Source of the DNA: Octopus sinensis
Lineage: Eukaryota
Reading direction: 5' to 3'
Assembly: GCF_006345805.1 (NCBI RefSeq)
Contig: NC_043008.1
Span: 66,402,001 to 66,466,000, forward strand
Length of the DNA stretch: 64,000 nucleotides
This document shows positions 25,655 to 39,098 of this stretch, piece by piece. Positions within the stretch are counted from its first letter, which is position 1, and every line of letters begins with the position of its first letter. Both the position numbers and the translations under genes were made by a program. The notes beneath the pieces are model-generated. The model saw nothing but the letters and a program-made list of their open reading frames with translations, ran no database searches and was not told where the DNA came from.

Positions 25655-25940
25655 ATATATAGTGTACATTTAAACACATAAGGGATCCACTCGTGGGATT
25701 CAACATGCTAGAAAGAACAGCTAGGTTCTATAACCACAAAAATTAGGGATAATTTTTGTGGTTATAGAACCTAGCTGTTCTTTCTAGCATGTTGAATCCC
25801 ACGAGTGGATCCTTTATGTGTTTAAATGTACACTATATATTATGACTAATACATAGTCTTTTTGGACTAAATTTTTACACGTTAGGCCACTGGAGGTGAA
25901 AATTTTAATTAATTTTCCATTTCCCTTTGATATGTTTAAG
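25655..25940 (+). mobile_element. 286-bp fold-back insertion with 15-bp TSD
   Basis: TSD TATTGGAGAGAAATA at 25640-25654 and 25941-25955; arms 25653-25745 and 25750-25842 (93 bp, one mismatch), loop GGGA. Confidence 0.85.
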
Positions 25941-26024
25941 TATTGGAGAGAAATAGATAGATGGAGGGAGTGACTAACTTAAGATCAAATATGTGTACTT
26001 GTGCATATACTTTCTATCATTTAC

Positions 26025-26415
26025 TTGTTTCAATCTTTAGACAGCAACCATGCTCAAGCACTGCCTTGAAGAATTTTAGTCAAACAAATCAACCCCAGTA
26101 TTTAATATTTTTTCAAGCCTGGTACTTATCCAATCATTCTATTTTGCTGAGCGACTACATCACAGGGACATAAACACACCAACACCAGTTTTCAAATGGT
26201 GGTGGGACACAAAACACAGACAGAAAGACACAACTCACTTAGTCATATCTATACAACATGCTTCTTTCAGTTTCCATTTACCAAATTCACTCACAAGGCT
26301 CTGGTTGGCCCAAGGCTATAGCAGAAGACACTTGCCCAAAGTGCAACACTGTGGGACTGAACCTAGGACCATGTAGTTAGGAAGCAAACTTCTTACCACA
26401 CAGCCACATTTGCAC
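26025..26415 (-). mobile_element. SINE family A
   Basis: Reverse-complement match to family A consensus. Confidence 0.8.
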
Positions 26416-26651
26416 CTGTATATATCTGTGTGTGTGTGTGTCATCATCATCATTTTTAATGTCCCCTTTTCCATGCTCACATGGATCATGCAGATTTTGC
26501 TGTGGTAGATATTTCGACAACTAGGTACCCTTCCTGTCACCAACCCTCACATTTTTCCAAGCATTGATTGTCAAATGGTGATGAGGGACAAACACATACA
26601 CAAAGACACACATAAATATATATATGTACACAACGGGCTTCTTTCAGTTTC

Positions 26652-26880
26652 CTATTTCTTTATTATCCACAAGGGGCTAAACATAGAGGGGACAAACAAA
26701 GACAGACAAAGGGATTAAGTCGATTACATCGACCCCAGTGCATAACTGGTACTTAATTTATTGACCCCAAAAGGATGAAAGGTAAAGTCGCCCTCGGTGG
26801 AATTTGAACTCAGAACATAACGGCAGACAAAATGCCACTAAGCATTTCATCCAGCATGCTAACGTTTCTGCCAGCTCTCC
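26652..26880 (-). mobile_element. Young SINE family B monomer nested in a family A copy
   Basis: TATTTCTTTATTATCCACAAGGGGCTAAAC...CTGCCAGCTCTCC; flanked by GCTTCTTTC(A/T)GTTTC near-duplication. Confidence 0.8.
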
Positions 26881-27989
26881 GCTTCTTTCTGTTTCTGTCT
26901 ACCAAATCCACTCGCAAGTCTTTGGTCAGCCCAGTGGTATGGTAGAAGACACTTGCCCATGGTGACACACAGTGGGACTGAACCCAGAACCATGTGGTTG
27001 GGAAGCAAGCTTCTTACCACACAGCTACGTCTGTGCTTATTATAGAAGTATAACCAATTTGTAGCACGCAAATTTTAACAACTAAATTTTATATGGATAC
27101 CCATGAGTCATATTCACCCTGGTTGAGAACCACTGATGTAACCATGTTTCCCTTTGTGGAAAAGCATTCTTTCAAAGTTACCTATCATATGACAAATGAC
27201 CCTTTAATTTGTGTATAATAAATATATAGCAACTGGAGTATTAAACAACTCTATTCTGTTCACTAGTCTCAACAGTAGTAGTCCATCTGAACCCAATCAG
27301 CTGTTGAGCAAATAAAACCAGGTTAAATAGTTGTCATATTTTCCGGTGTTTTTGGTTTGTTATTTTTTATTTTTGTTGGGTTTTTTTTTTAGATTAAAGC
27401 ATACACACACACACATAAACACACCATTCTGTATCCATTGTTAAGCTCCTGTGACATAATTTTGTAAGACTGACAACTTTGGGAAACAAAAAGTAATACA
27501 ATACACATTTAGTGTAATGTCTATTGTTTTCTATCACGTCACAATATAAATGTGGTGTTAATAATAGTAAGACCAGGGTGTTTAGAAATTATAGGAAGGC
27601 ACATGGCTCAGTGGTTGATTGTTAAAATAGGTCATAGGTTCAATTCCTGAACTAGGCAGTGTCTTGTATACTTTAGCTAGGCACTTCATTTCATGTTACT
27701 CCATTGGAATGAGTACTTGCAACAGCTTGTGAGGTTTGAGGTTAACATTACAACATTAGACTAGTGTCCCATCTTTTTTCATATGAAACCAGTATAAACT
27801 TTTGGCCAATCAACTGTTGAAAGATGCTCAAAGCTTTTTATGCATGCACACTTCTTAAGACAATATCACATGCCTCTTTCTCTCTCTCTCTCTCCCCATT
27901 CTTCTATAATGTGAGTAACCATGCTGTTCCACCCCTGTAAGAAACCTTGCTCAGTTTTGATCCCTTCTTTCATACTTTATTCTCTCATC

Positions 27990-28338
27990 TCCCAGTATAA
28001 AGCCACCTTCATCCACTGTAGCCTCTTGAATTTGAGCTGATTCGTGGTGTCCTGATTCGTCCAGAGGGTGAGCTGATTGTGATGTTCTCCTCCCAGCTGG
28101 TGCAAATGCACAGGTGGGCAGCTGAAGACCTGGGCAACGACGATAAAGGAGGACCTCTCTGAACTCTCAGGTCCACAGGTGGTCGGTCTGCGTAGATGGA
28201 ACCACGAATGGCTCGCTATCTCCAGTGACCTCACACAGGACTGTCGAGTGTAGACCACCATGTTTCGTGATGCTGTTAGGACCAGAGAAGAAGCTGGCTC
28301 AACCTGCCATGGGGGAACACCATCACAAGTAAGTAAGT
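27990..28338 (+). mobile_element. 3' end of a second RTE-clade LINE family with (AAGT)n tail
   Basis: Frame from 28089: PPSWCKCTGGQLKTWATTIKEDLSELSGPQVVGLRRWNHEWLAISSDLTQDCRV*TTMFRDAV; upstream frameshifted VLIRPEGELI; tail CAAGTAAGTAAGTA. Confidence 0.75.
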
Positions 28339-28484
28339 ACTGCAGCCTGCCTCAGTTGAAAGACATCATAGGCATGGAAATGTCACTAGTGCTGGTACCA
28401 TGATGAAAAAAAGAATAACCCAGAAAGCACCAAGTACACTCTGTAAAGTGGTTGGTGTTAGAAAGGACATCCAACAATATAAAC

Positions 28485-28784
28485 TAGTGGGTCTCAACCA
28501 TATTTTGTCTATGGACCCCTTTGATTGCAATTTTATTCTGGTGGGCCTGCAAAGCTATTTCATGTATAAAAATTAGTTTTATAGATACTTTTTTTCTAAA
28601 TTCCCATTTTGTTTTACACACAATAACTTGTGTAAATGGAACCGTGTAAAACGTTAGAGAAAAAAACTTAGTTGTTTTTTGCAATAAATACATCTAAAGC
28701 AAAATTTTTTTATGGACCCTTAAAATACTTTTGAGGACACAATTTACTATTTTGCTTTCATGGACTCTGGTTAAGAACCACTTA
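28485..28784. mobile_element. hAT-like MITE
   Basis: Terminal inverted repeats TAGTGGGTCTCAACC / GGTTAAGAACCACT; 8-bp TSD ATATAAAC at 28477-28484 and 28785-28792. Confidence 0.85.
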
Positions 28785-29492
28785 ATATAAACTATACCCA
28801 AAGTAGATATTGGAACATGATGCAGTTCCATGAGATCTTGCAGAAGCAGCCAAACCATGTTATAGCTGTTGACGATGATGATAATAATGATGTTGATGAC
28901 ACATGCTCACACACACATACACATACACACAAACTCCCACTCCCACGTGCTTCTACATTGGCATATATTTTATGAAAAAATACATTTCTATACATCATTA
29001 CATAAAACTATTCTTTTTGTTGGTGTTTTATTTTCGTTTCACTCTTTTGTCTATTCCTGATTATCTGTGTATGATGGTATGTAAACTATCCCTGATAGTT
29101 TACGTGGGTGAAAGCGCATATAGCTAAAAATATATTTCATATTTTGCCATAAAAGTAAGAAATAATATCAGTTAATAGCTTCTGCTTTTGTTTTATTGGT
29201 TTTTCTTTAATTGTAAAACCAAGGGAGACTACTTCAGATTTGTTTCACATCTTCTTGGAGTCCTCCTCAGTGAAGCATAGTCACTCTGCTTGGCTATTTT
29301 CTAAATAAAAATAAAATATCATGCACTTCTTCCTATAGAATAAGAGAATTTCTGACAGATTATGTCATATTTATTACCTGCTACTATTACTCACCTGTAT
29401 AATCATATTGAGTATCTTTCTGTGTCAAAGATTATCTAACCTACCTTTTCTTTGTCATTCATTAGGTCTTTTGTGCATATCTACTCACAATG

Positions 29493-29523
<31 letters not shown>

Positions 29524-30676
29524 CACTCTGTGGAGAGATTGGTCTTAGGAAGGGCATCTAGCCATAAAAAGCATACCAAACTGGCACTGAAGCCTGGTGC
29601 AGTCTTCTGCCTAGCCAGCTTCTGTCAAATCATCTGCCTCATACCAGCATAGAAAGCAGACTTTGACTGACATCCATACAAGCAGGCTTGTCCTTTACAG
29701 GTGCTGGTGCCACGTAAAATGCACTTGTGACAGTGCTGCATAAACACCTGAGCTGCTGGCATGTAATAAGTACCCAGTACACTCTGTAAAGTGCTTGGTG
29801 TTAGGAAGGGCAGCCGATTGTAGAAACCAAGCCTCAACAGACAACTGGAGTTTGGCGAGCTCCCTGACTAACCATTTCCTGTCAATCCATCCAACCCATG
29901 CCTGCATGGAAAATAGACATTAAACAATGAAGATGATGATATATATATATCAGACACACACACGCAACACATGCACACACATATATACACAAATAGGATT
30001 CTTTCAGTTTCCATCTAAGAAATCCACATTTGCAAGGCTTTGGTCATCTCAGAGCTATATTAGAAGACACTTGGCTAAGGTGTCATGCAGTGGGACTGAA
30101 TTTTGAACCATGTAGAAGCAAGCTTCTTACCACACAGCCACACTGAAACTTTCCACCTTTAACTATATTAATAACCACTAGCTCATAAGTTGGGCAACTT
30201 TTTTTTTTCCTCTGGTTTGTAACTTCAATTGCTTGTGTGTATGTAACTTATATAGTGCAAAGTATTGTTAATATAATCGTGTGGGCAGGTTATTTTAGCA
30301 TATGCAGAAAAATTGCTCAGCTGGTGTTTATAAAACATTTGGGAGTTATGTAGGAGTGATACCATTTTCAGATTTGTAAAAGAATTTTTTTTAATGTCTC
30401 ATATACGCGCCAAATTCCTATGAAGTACAATAAAACATTCCCTCCTACCATCTTCCCACTTCGGTAATTAGTTAATTTCATTGTTCTAGATTTTTCTCTT
30501 GCAAGTTTTTTTTTTTTACTGTTTCTCTCTCTTCTCCCCCCCTCTCTTTCTCTCTCTCTCTCTCTCTCTTATTCAATACATACACACATGCACAGGTATG
30601 ACTGTGTGGTAAGAAACTTGCTTCCTAACCACATGGTTCTGGTTCAGTTCCACTGCATGGCACCTTGGGCAAGTGT

Positions 30677-30710
<34 letters not shown>

Positions 30711-31702
30711 TATATATGTCAGGCTGGTTTCAGTTTCCATCTACTAAATCCACTCACAAGACTGATTGTGCCCAAGGTGCCACACAGTGTGACTGAACCC
30801 AGAACTATTTGATTCAGAAGCAAGCTTCTTACCACACAGCTATGCCTGCGCCTATATATATGGAGAGATAAGGCAGTGGATTGGCTGGGTTGTTAGCATG
30901 GCAGGTAGAACACGCTGCAATATTTGTCTTGGCTCTCTGTTCTTTGAGTTCAAATCCCATCAAGGTCAACTTTGTATTTCACATTTTCAGGTTGTAATAA
31001 AGTACCTACCCAATTATGATGCAATCGTCACATCCTGGATGTTCTGGTGATTTGAAGATGGTGGGCAGGGGGTCAAGATTAAAATAAAGTGGGTGAAAAA
31101 AAATTGGGATGATCAGATCTTGGAACACCTTTTAATCTCAGATCTGGGGTTAAACAACAAAACAATATAATTAAATCTCAGCTGCCCCTGTCAACCAAAG
31201 TCAGGGTCCTACCCCTTTACTCTGTGGATAACACAAGGACGTTGGCGACACAATAGTAATTATAAATGTCATTGACAACAGTATATAGGTAGGGCAAGTA
31301 ACAGCTCTCTGAAGAATATTCCAAGCTTGTAAAACAATAACATCACCAATAACATGCAACAAGCCTGTAAAACAAGAACAGTACAAGGTTATAACACAAC
31401 CAACAGGGAAGTAGACAGGTATACAACATGAATAATTACAATATAACAAACATGCAAAAGAACAAGTAGGAAAGTAGAGTACCTTATAGCTACAGAGTAG
31501 TTATAAGGTACTCTATAAAACAGGGTCTCTCAAGAGTATGGTAGAGGGATAGTATTTTGGTGGCACATGGGTTACTACAGAATGGGGCTTAGCCCTTTTG
31601 TTATCATATTTTTCTTGAAATGCACTCCCTTTGTTACAATTAATTTTGGAAATAATAAAGTATTTTGTATAAAATAACTTTGTCATTATTAAGTTGGTGT
31701 TT

Positions 31703-31920
31703 TAAAGGCGGCAAGCTGGCGGAATTGTTAGCATGCTGGACAAAATGTTTAGCAGAATTTCATCCATTGCTACATTCTGAGTTCAAATTCCACCAAGGTC
31801 AACTTTGTCTTTCATCTTTTCGGGAGTTGATAAAATAAGTACCAGTTGAATACTGGGGTCAATGTAATCGACTCATCCCCACCTACCCCAAGCTGCCCTT
31901 GTGGCACATATCTAAAATAC
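31703..31920 (+). mobile_element. SINE family B nested in a piggyBac-like MITE
   Basis: 17-bp TSD TTATTAAGTTGGTGTTT at 31686-31702 and 31921-31937. Confidence 0.85.
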
Positions 31921-32140
31921 TTATTAAGTTGGTGTTTGGAACACGAATTAACATGAGATCTCAATGCAAGATACAATAATAAGCTTGTATCAAAACTAGT
32001 GGCAGTCTCTGGCGCATTCGTATCACCGAGGTTGAGTAGATAAAGACTGAATAAACTTGCAATATTAATCTAACTGCATGGCTGTGTGGTAAGAAGCTTG
32101 CTTCCCAACCACATGGCTCCAGGTTCAGCTATAGCTACAT

Positions 32141-32757
32141 CAGTGGTTCTCAACCAGGGTGCATATGGCTCATGGGTGTCCATATAAAATTTAGTTGTTA
32201 AAATTTATGTGCTACAAATTGGTTATACTTCCCTAATAAGGACAGACGTAGCTGTGTGGTAAGAAGCTTGCTTCCCAACCACATGGTTCTGGGTTCAATC
32301 CCACTGTGTGACACCTTGGGCAAGTGTCTTCTACCATGCCATTGGGCTGATCAAAGCCTTGTGAGTGGATTTGGTAGACAGAAACAGAAAGAAGCACATC
32401 GTATATGTATCTATATGTAATGTGTGTGTGTGTCACCCTACCATCACTTGACAACTGATGTTGATGTATTTACATCTCTATAACTTAGCGGTTCAGTAAA
32501 AGAGACCAACAGAATAATACTAGGCTTATAAAGAATAAGTCGAAAGAATAAGATTTATGGCAGTGCTGCAGCATGGCTGCAGTCAAATGACTGAAACGAG
32601 TAAAAGGATAGAACATACACACACACACACACACACATATATGAGTGTGTGTGTGTGTTATATTTGTCTGTTCATGAAGGTTGAGGCATGTTTTCTTGTT
32701 TTTTTTATTCTTTTAAGTTGAAGTGGGTCATGGGAGAAAAATGGTTGAGAACCACTA
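32141..32757 (+). mobile_element. hAT-like MITE carrying a family A SINE (~32240-32610)
   Basis: TIRs CAGTGGTTCTCAACC (32141) and GGTTGAGAACCACTA (32743-32757); no clear TSD. Confidence 0.7.
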
Positions 32758-34599
32758 TCATAGAATAAATTTTAGTCAACACTGTGTGTGTGTGTATGTG
32801 TGAGTTAAATTGAATTCAAAACCCGCTGTTTAATTCACACAGTGTCGGCTAAAGATCTTTGATTTATTGAATGTAGAACATACTGTAGCATTAGCATAAA
32901 ACATTAACGCTGTAGCTAGTAATTTATACTGCAACCAAAATAACAACAGTAATAGTAACTAGCCAAGCCTGAGAAAGGACCGCAACAATAACTGGTACAT
33001 CAGTGAAAACCTCCTTCTACCTCTTACTTCCTCCTCCTCCTTCCACTCACATTGTTTCAGGCAGGTTCTTTGCAGTCCGATTTCAAAGGAAATAGTTTTT
33101 AAACCTGTAAGACAACAGCGACAGCTATTACAACAACAAAAACATCAACATGAATATCAATGAATGAGGGTTGTGGTGGGAATGAGGAGGAGGGTGGTGG
33201 TGTAGAAACTGGGCAAAACGAGGTCCTGGGTGTTTACAAGGGGTTCTGATCTTCCTATCACGATCACAAGGACTTGGAACTTCTCAATCCCCCAGGGGTT
33301 TAGGCTGGGAGTGATAATGACTAACTGTTGTTGTGTAACCCTTTCTCAACCCTGATTGAGAAAACCTATAATAAAAAGCATTCTGTCATGACCATCCTGC
33401 TTAATCCTTGTGCAGGACCACAAAAAAAGGACTTCCTTGTCCATTTTTTCTTTTAATATGATAATGGATTTAATTTGAAAGAGATTTAGTTGCTATTTTT
33501 AGCAGGTCAAGTAAGCCTGTGGAGCCTCTCTCATACATTCAGTGATGACTAGTAACAGGGTTATTGTTAAGTGATGTTGTTCCTTTTCTGCTATGATTAA
33601 TCTTAACCATGACACACCTCACAATGAGCTCTCTTGAACAAGAGTGTTATTAATAATGACAATTATCCTTTCTACTAAAGGCCCAAGGCCTGATATTTTG
33701 GGGGAGGGGGATAGTTGATTACATCAACCCCAATACTCAACTGGTACTTAAATTATTAATCCTGAAAGGATGAAAGGCAAAGTTGGTGTCAGTGGAATTT
33801 GAACTCAGAACGTAAAGACAGACGAAATGCTGCTAAGCATTTTGCCTGGCATGCTAATGATTCTGCCAGCTCACCGCTTTAATAATAATAATAATAATTC
33901 CTAATAGAGGCACAATGCAAAAAAATTTAGTGTGAGGAGAAATAATCCATTATATTGACCACAGACTGGTAATTCATTTTATTGATCTTGAAAAGATTAA
34001 AGGCAATGTTAACCTCAACAGGATTTGAACTCAGAATGTAGCAAGTTAAACAAATACAGCCAGGCATTTTGTCTGACCTTCAAATGAGTCTGCCAATCAC
34101 TACATTTGTTTAAATTTAGGTACAAGGTCAGAAATTTTGGAGGAGGAGAGCAAGTGGTGATCATATCAGCCCCATTACGTGACTAGCGGAGTACAAGTGG
34201 TGATCATATGAATCCCAGTACTTGATCGCCACTTTGCTCCCTATCCTTCTGGGGATAAAAGTATCAGTACTTGACTGATTTTTATCCTCAGAAGGTTGGA
34301 GGGCACAGTGGACATTAGCAGAGTTTGAACTGAAAATGTTAAGCACCACAACTAAACATGATAAGGTGTTTTATCAACTGCTCAAACAATTTTATTGATC
34401 TGCCACCTAATCAATAATAATTGTTTCTGATTTAGACAGAAGATCAGCAGTTTTGAGGAGATGGGGTTTGTCGATTCCATGATTTTATTGACCCTGGGAA
34501 GATGAATCAGCAGAGTTGACCTTGGCAAGATTTTCATTCAGAAAGTAGAAGAGCTACCTACCACAAGGTATTTTGTGTTGACTCTCTCAACACTTCTTA

Positions 34600-34995
34600 T
34601 TTCTTCACTGCCCACAAGGGGATAAACACAGAGGGGACAAACAGATTAAGTCAATTATATCGACCCCAGTGCATAACTGGTACTTATTTAATCGACCCGA
34701 AAGGATGAAAGGCAAAGTCGACCTCAGCAGAATTTGAACTCAGAACATAATGGCAGACGAAATACCTATTTCTTTAATACCCACGAGGGGCTAAGCACAG
34801 AAGGGACAAACAAGGACAGACAAACGGATTTTAGTTGATTATATCGATCCCAGTGTGTAACTGGTACTTATTTAATCGACCCCGAAAGGATGAAAGGCAA
34901 AGTCAACCTTGGCAGAATTTGATCTCAGAACTTAACGTCAGACAAAATCCGCTAAGCATTTCGCCCTGCATGCTAACGTTTCTGCCAGCTCACTC
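34600..34995 (-). mobile_element. SINE family B dimer (young)
   Basis: Two monomers with the same long tail, junction ...GACGAAATACC|TATTTCTTTAATACCC at ~34766. Confidence 0.85.
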
Positions 34996-35944
34996 TCTCA
35001 ACACTTCTGCCAGGTGGTGTTGATGATGATGACAATGACGACCGCTAACAATAGCCGACTGGCATGAATTTACAGCACTGGGTGGTGTTGATTTACTTCA
35101 CTGACTTCAAATAACTCGACTGCTCAATGTTTTATCAACCCTGAAATGATGAAAGACAAAGTAAGTTTTGGTGTGCTCTGAATTCAAAGCATAAATGGTC
35201 TCCACAAAACACAACGAGGCGTAGTTTTCTTTCTTCTGATGTTTTTGTCAGTTCTTTTGTCCACTATCCAAATAATAAATTCGTGATCTAGACACAGGTG
35301 GTTGTGTAGTTAAGATCGCTTCTGAATAATGTAGTTGGAGTTTCAATCCCATTGCATGGAGGATGTTGTTAGCTGTTTTGCTCTACTATCACTACAAGTT
35401 GACCAATACTTTGTGTATGTGTATGGAAAATGGAAGGAGCCATGTATGTGTGTGTGTGCATATGTCATTGTTGACATCCATTTTGCACACTGATTGTAAG
35501 CAAGGGGCTTCACCAGTCATATAAGCTGGGTCATTTGTTTGCAATACTCTGTGAAAGCATATCATGGCTACTTGTTCAATAGGCTGGCGGGGAATTATCA
35601 CTTCACTTAGAAACAAGTGATGGTTGGAATCAGTAAAGGCATCCAGCCATAAAAAATTCTACTTTAATGTAGTCTCTTCTGGCCTTTTGAAGCACAGAAC
35701 AGTAGACACTAAAACAATGATAACCTTTTTTTAGCTGGTGTAAGGCAACAAACTGGCAGAATCATTAGCATGTGAGACAAAATGCCAAGGCATTTTGTCT
35801 GTATTCATGTTCTCAGACCAAAATCCGCAGAATCAACTTTACCTTTGATCTTTTTGGGGTCGATAAAGTAAGTATCAATTAGATACTGGGGTTGATGTAA
35901 TCAACTATCCCCTTCCCATGATATTTCAGGTTTTGTGCCTATTC

Positions 35945-36245
35945 TGAGATCCCCTTCGGTCATGACACAGACCATGGGTTGCACCTAAAAAGGCACAAGT
36001 CTGGGCAAGGTTGTTTATGGAAGACCAGCAGTCACCCATGCATACCGGCCTCCCCTCTCCACGCCACCAGTGTTATCCAAGGGAAAGGCAATGGCCGATG
36101 CAGCTAGACACCTGTGACGTCACAACTCATTTCTACAGCTGAGTGAACTGAAGCAACGTGGAATAAAGTGTCTTGCTCAAGAACACAGCACACAGCCCGG
36201 TCCAGGAATTGAGCTCACAACCTCACGATCGTAAGCTGGATGCAC
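35945..36245 (-). mobile_element. SINE family E
   Basis: Reverse complement of 14630-14935. Confidence 0.8.
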
Positions 36246-37169
36246 AAGGATTATTTAGCAGGTGTTTGGAACATAAATTAATGTGAAATCTTGATGGTGG
36301 TTCTCTTTCAAACAAGGAGGTTTATCTTATAAAACCAAGGTTGGCTTCGGGTAGGCTGGTATCAGAAGGTTTAAAGATGGTAGCTTATGATTTCAAAGGG
36401 ATTTGGCTGTTATTTCTACCATGTTGACAGACCACATATAGGTTCCTCTGTCAGCCAATAAAGAAAGTGAAAGTCAACAACTTTAACAGCAATTGCAACT
36501 TGGGTCAGGGTTGATGGGGAAGGAGTCAAAAAGTGAACCCAAAATAGCTAGCTAAATATGCCCAGCAATGCTTTGCATCCCATCAAATACTACTCTACAA
36601 TCTACACACACATATATGTGCATACACACGCGCACACATACAAACACACACAAGCACCTATTTGATGTCAACAGAATCAAGCAAACATTGTTTCATTTTC
36701 TTTTATTTATCCCTCCAACCCAACCCCTTTCCTTCTCATTCTAATACTACACCTCCTATTCCTCCCCTGCCTCACATCTCAGCATTGTAAAATGATGAGA
36801 ATTTCTTGAAGAATCTACAAAATTTCAGCTTTATTTACCAACTTTATTTACCAATTTCTATTTTGTTTTTTCCTAAATTTTTCATATACTGGAATCTCTC
36901 GGAGCTGGCCAAGTCAATAGATGTTGCTGTTGTTGTAGTTATGTTGTTATAAATGAAAATCAGAGCTAGTTTAGTCAACAAGATCATTGCTATTCTATAA
37001 TCAATGTGTCCTTGTTTTATATCTATTGGGTAGCACTTGACAGCATTCAACATAATTGAGACAGATTTTAGTGGTTCAGTCCATCTGTCTGTAAACAGGT
37101 ACCACAAAGAATAACTACTCACTGCAAATAGCTATGGCACGAGGTGACACATTTTTAGGAAAAGTGGAG

Positions 37170-37288
37170 CCAGTCATATCATCACTGGGGCCAATCATAT
37201 CACCACTGCGGCCAATCATATCACCACCATGTTCAATCGTATCACCACTGCAACCAATCATATCACCACCACAAACAGTCATATCACC
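37170..37288. repeat. 21-bp tandem repeat, ~5.7 units (CCAATCATATCACCACTGCGG)
   Basis: Units start at 37170, 37191, 37212, 37233, 37254, 37275. Confidence 0.9.
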
Positions 37289-37315
37289 ATATATGTATGT
37301 GTGAATATAGATGTA

Positions 37316-37354
<39 letters not shown>

Positions 37355-37358
<4 letters not shown>

Positions 37359-37535
37359 CGGTGGCACATAAAATCACCCACTACACTCTCGGAGTGGTTG
37401 GCGTTAGGAAGGGCATCCAGCTGTAGAAACACTGCCAGATCTGACTGGCCTGGTGCAGCCTTCGGGCTCCCCAGACCCCAGATGAACCGTCCAACCCATG
37501 CTAGCATGGAAAGCAGACGTTAAATGATGATGATA
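37355..37535 (+). mobile_element. RTE LINE 3' UTR fragment
   Basis: GGTGGCACATAAAATCACCCACTACACTC...GCAGACGTTAAATGATGATG. Confidence 0.85.
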
Positions 37536-37743
37536 TGTATATGCATGTGTGAGTGAGAGCACATACATACATACATACATACATACATGCATATGTATTT
37601 GTGTGTGTATTTAAGTATACAAGGGTGTGTGTGTATATATATGTGTGTATGTATATGTAACCGTTTAACATTCCGATTTCCCTGTCGAATGTAATGCTAT
37701 TTATTTCACATCATTTTACATTGATCATGAATTACCACATAGC

Positions 37744-37977
37744 TATTTCTTTACTACCCACAAGGGGCTAAACACAGAGAGGACAAACAAGGACAGACAA
37801 ACGGATTAAGTCGATTATATCGACCCCAGTGCATAACTGGTACTTATTTAATCGACCCTGAAAGGATGAATGGCAAAGTCTACCTCGGCGGAATTTGAAC
37901 TCAGAACGTAACGGCAGACGAAATACGGCTACGCATTTCGCCCGGCGTGCTAACGATTCTGCCAGCTCACCGCCCTC
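37744..37977 (-). mobile_element. Young SINE family B monomer in a piggyBac-like MITE
   Basis: CpG-intact; 20-bp TSD ATCATGAATTAC(C/G)ACATAGC at 37724-37743 and 37978-37997. Confidence 0.9.
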
Positions 37978-39061
37978 ATCATGAATTACGACATAGCATC
38001 AAGACTTCAATGATATGATTGTTTCATTTTTAAAATAACTTTGTAGGACAAGTATAAGAGGCCTCTTCTGGCCAGTTTTAGCATAAACAAAGTAGAATAT
38101 CTTAGCCAGATATGGCTGATTTTTTAATACTAAAGGATTAAGTTTGTGTACACAAGATAACATCAGATTATTTATTTCCTATTATGATGTGTATATATTA
38201 GTTTTTATTACACGCATTTTTTGTGTGTATTTAAGTGTAAGATGTATGTTTGTATTTTTCTCTCTGTGTGTTTGCATATATATTGGTGTATATGCATATA
38301 TTTGTGTGTGTTTATTTGAGATTATGTATGTATATGATTGTGTATATTAGTCTATATGAATCTGTATTAAGATGTGTCTCACTATTGCTGTATCTGTTAA
38401 TGTGTGTATTCTTTTATTCTATAACTTGTTTCAGTCATTTGGCTGTGGCCATGCTGGAGCACTGCCTTAAAGGGATTTTTGGTCGAAGAAATCAACCCCA
38501 GGACTTATTCTTTCTAAAGCTACTACTTATTCTATCGGTCTCTTTGCCGAACCACTAAGTTACAGGGACACAAACACGTAAACCATTAGTTGTCGAATGA
38601 TAGTGGGAAGACAGACACAAAGACACACATCTATGATGTTGTTGATGAAACGTGTTCTTTGTCTATCCGCTTATCCTCTGTGATTTTGGTTAATAGAATA
38701 ACTATACAAATGAATCCTTTGAATTTAACTAAATTCTATATTTTTATGCAGCTGAAGATTGCTCTACCTTTTAAAATTGATGTAATATTTGCAATGTTCA
38801 ATTAAATGGAGTTGCATGAAACGATCGTACCGCATTACCTCTGGATATCCTTGTTGCTTATTTTGATTATATATACACATACACACATACATACAATGGG
38901 CTTCTTTCAGTTTCTGTCTACCAAATCTACTCATAAGGCTGAACCTGGAACAATGAAGCTTTTTACCACAGTCACGCCTGGGCCTTTACATATATTCTTT
39001 ACCTTTACTGTAGATTTAATTATAATGCATGTGTATAAAAAGTATAATTGTGTGTATGTGC

Positions 39062-39098
<37 letters not shown>

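Noticed and set aside
31215-31240. TGTGGATAA (bacterial DnaA box) here and at ~14097 and ~51565
   Set aside because: A 9-mer expected by chance; no meaning in this eukaryotic context.
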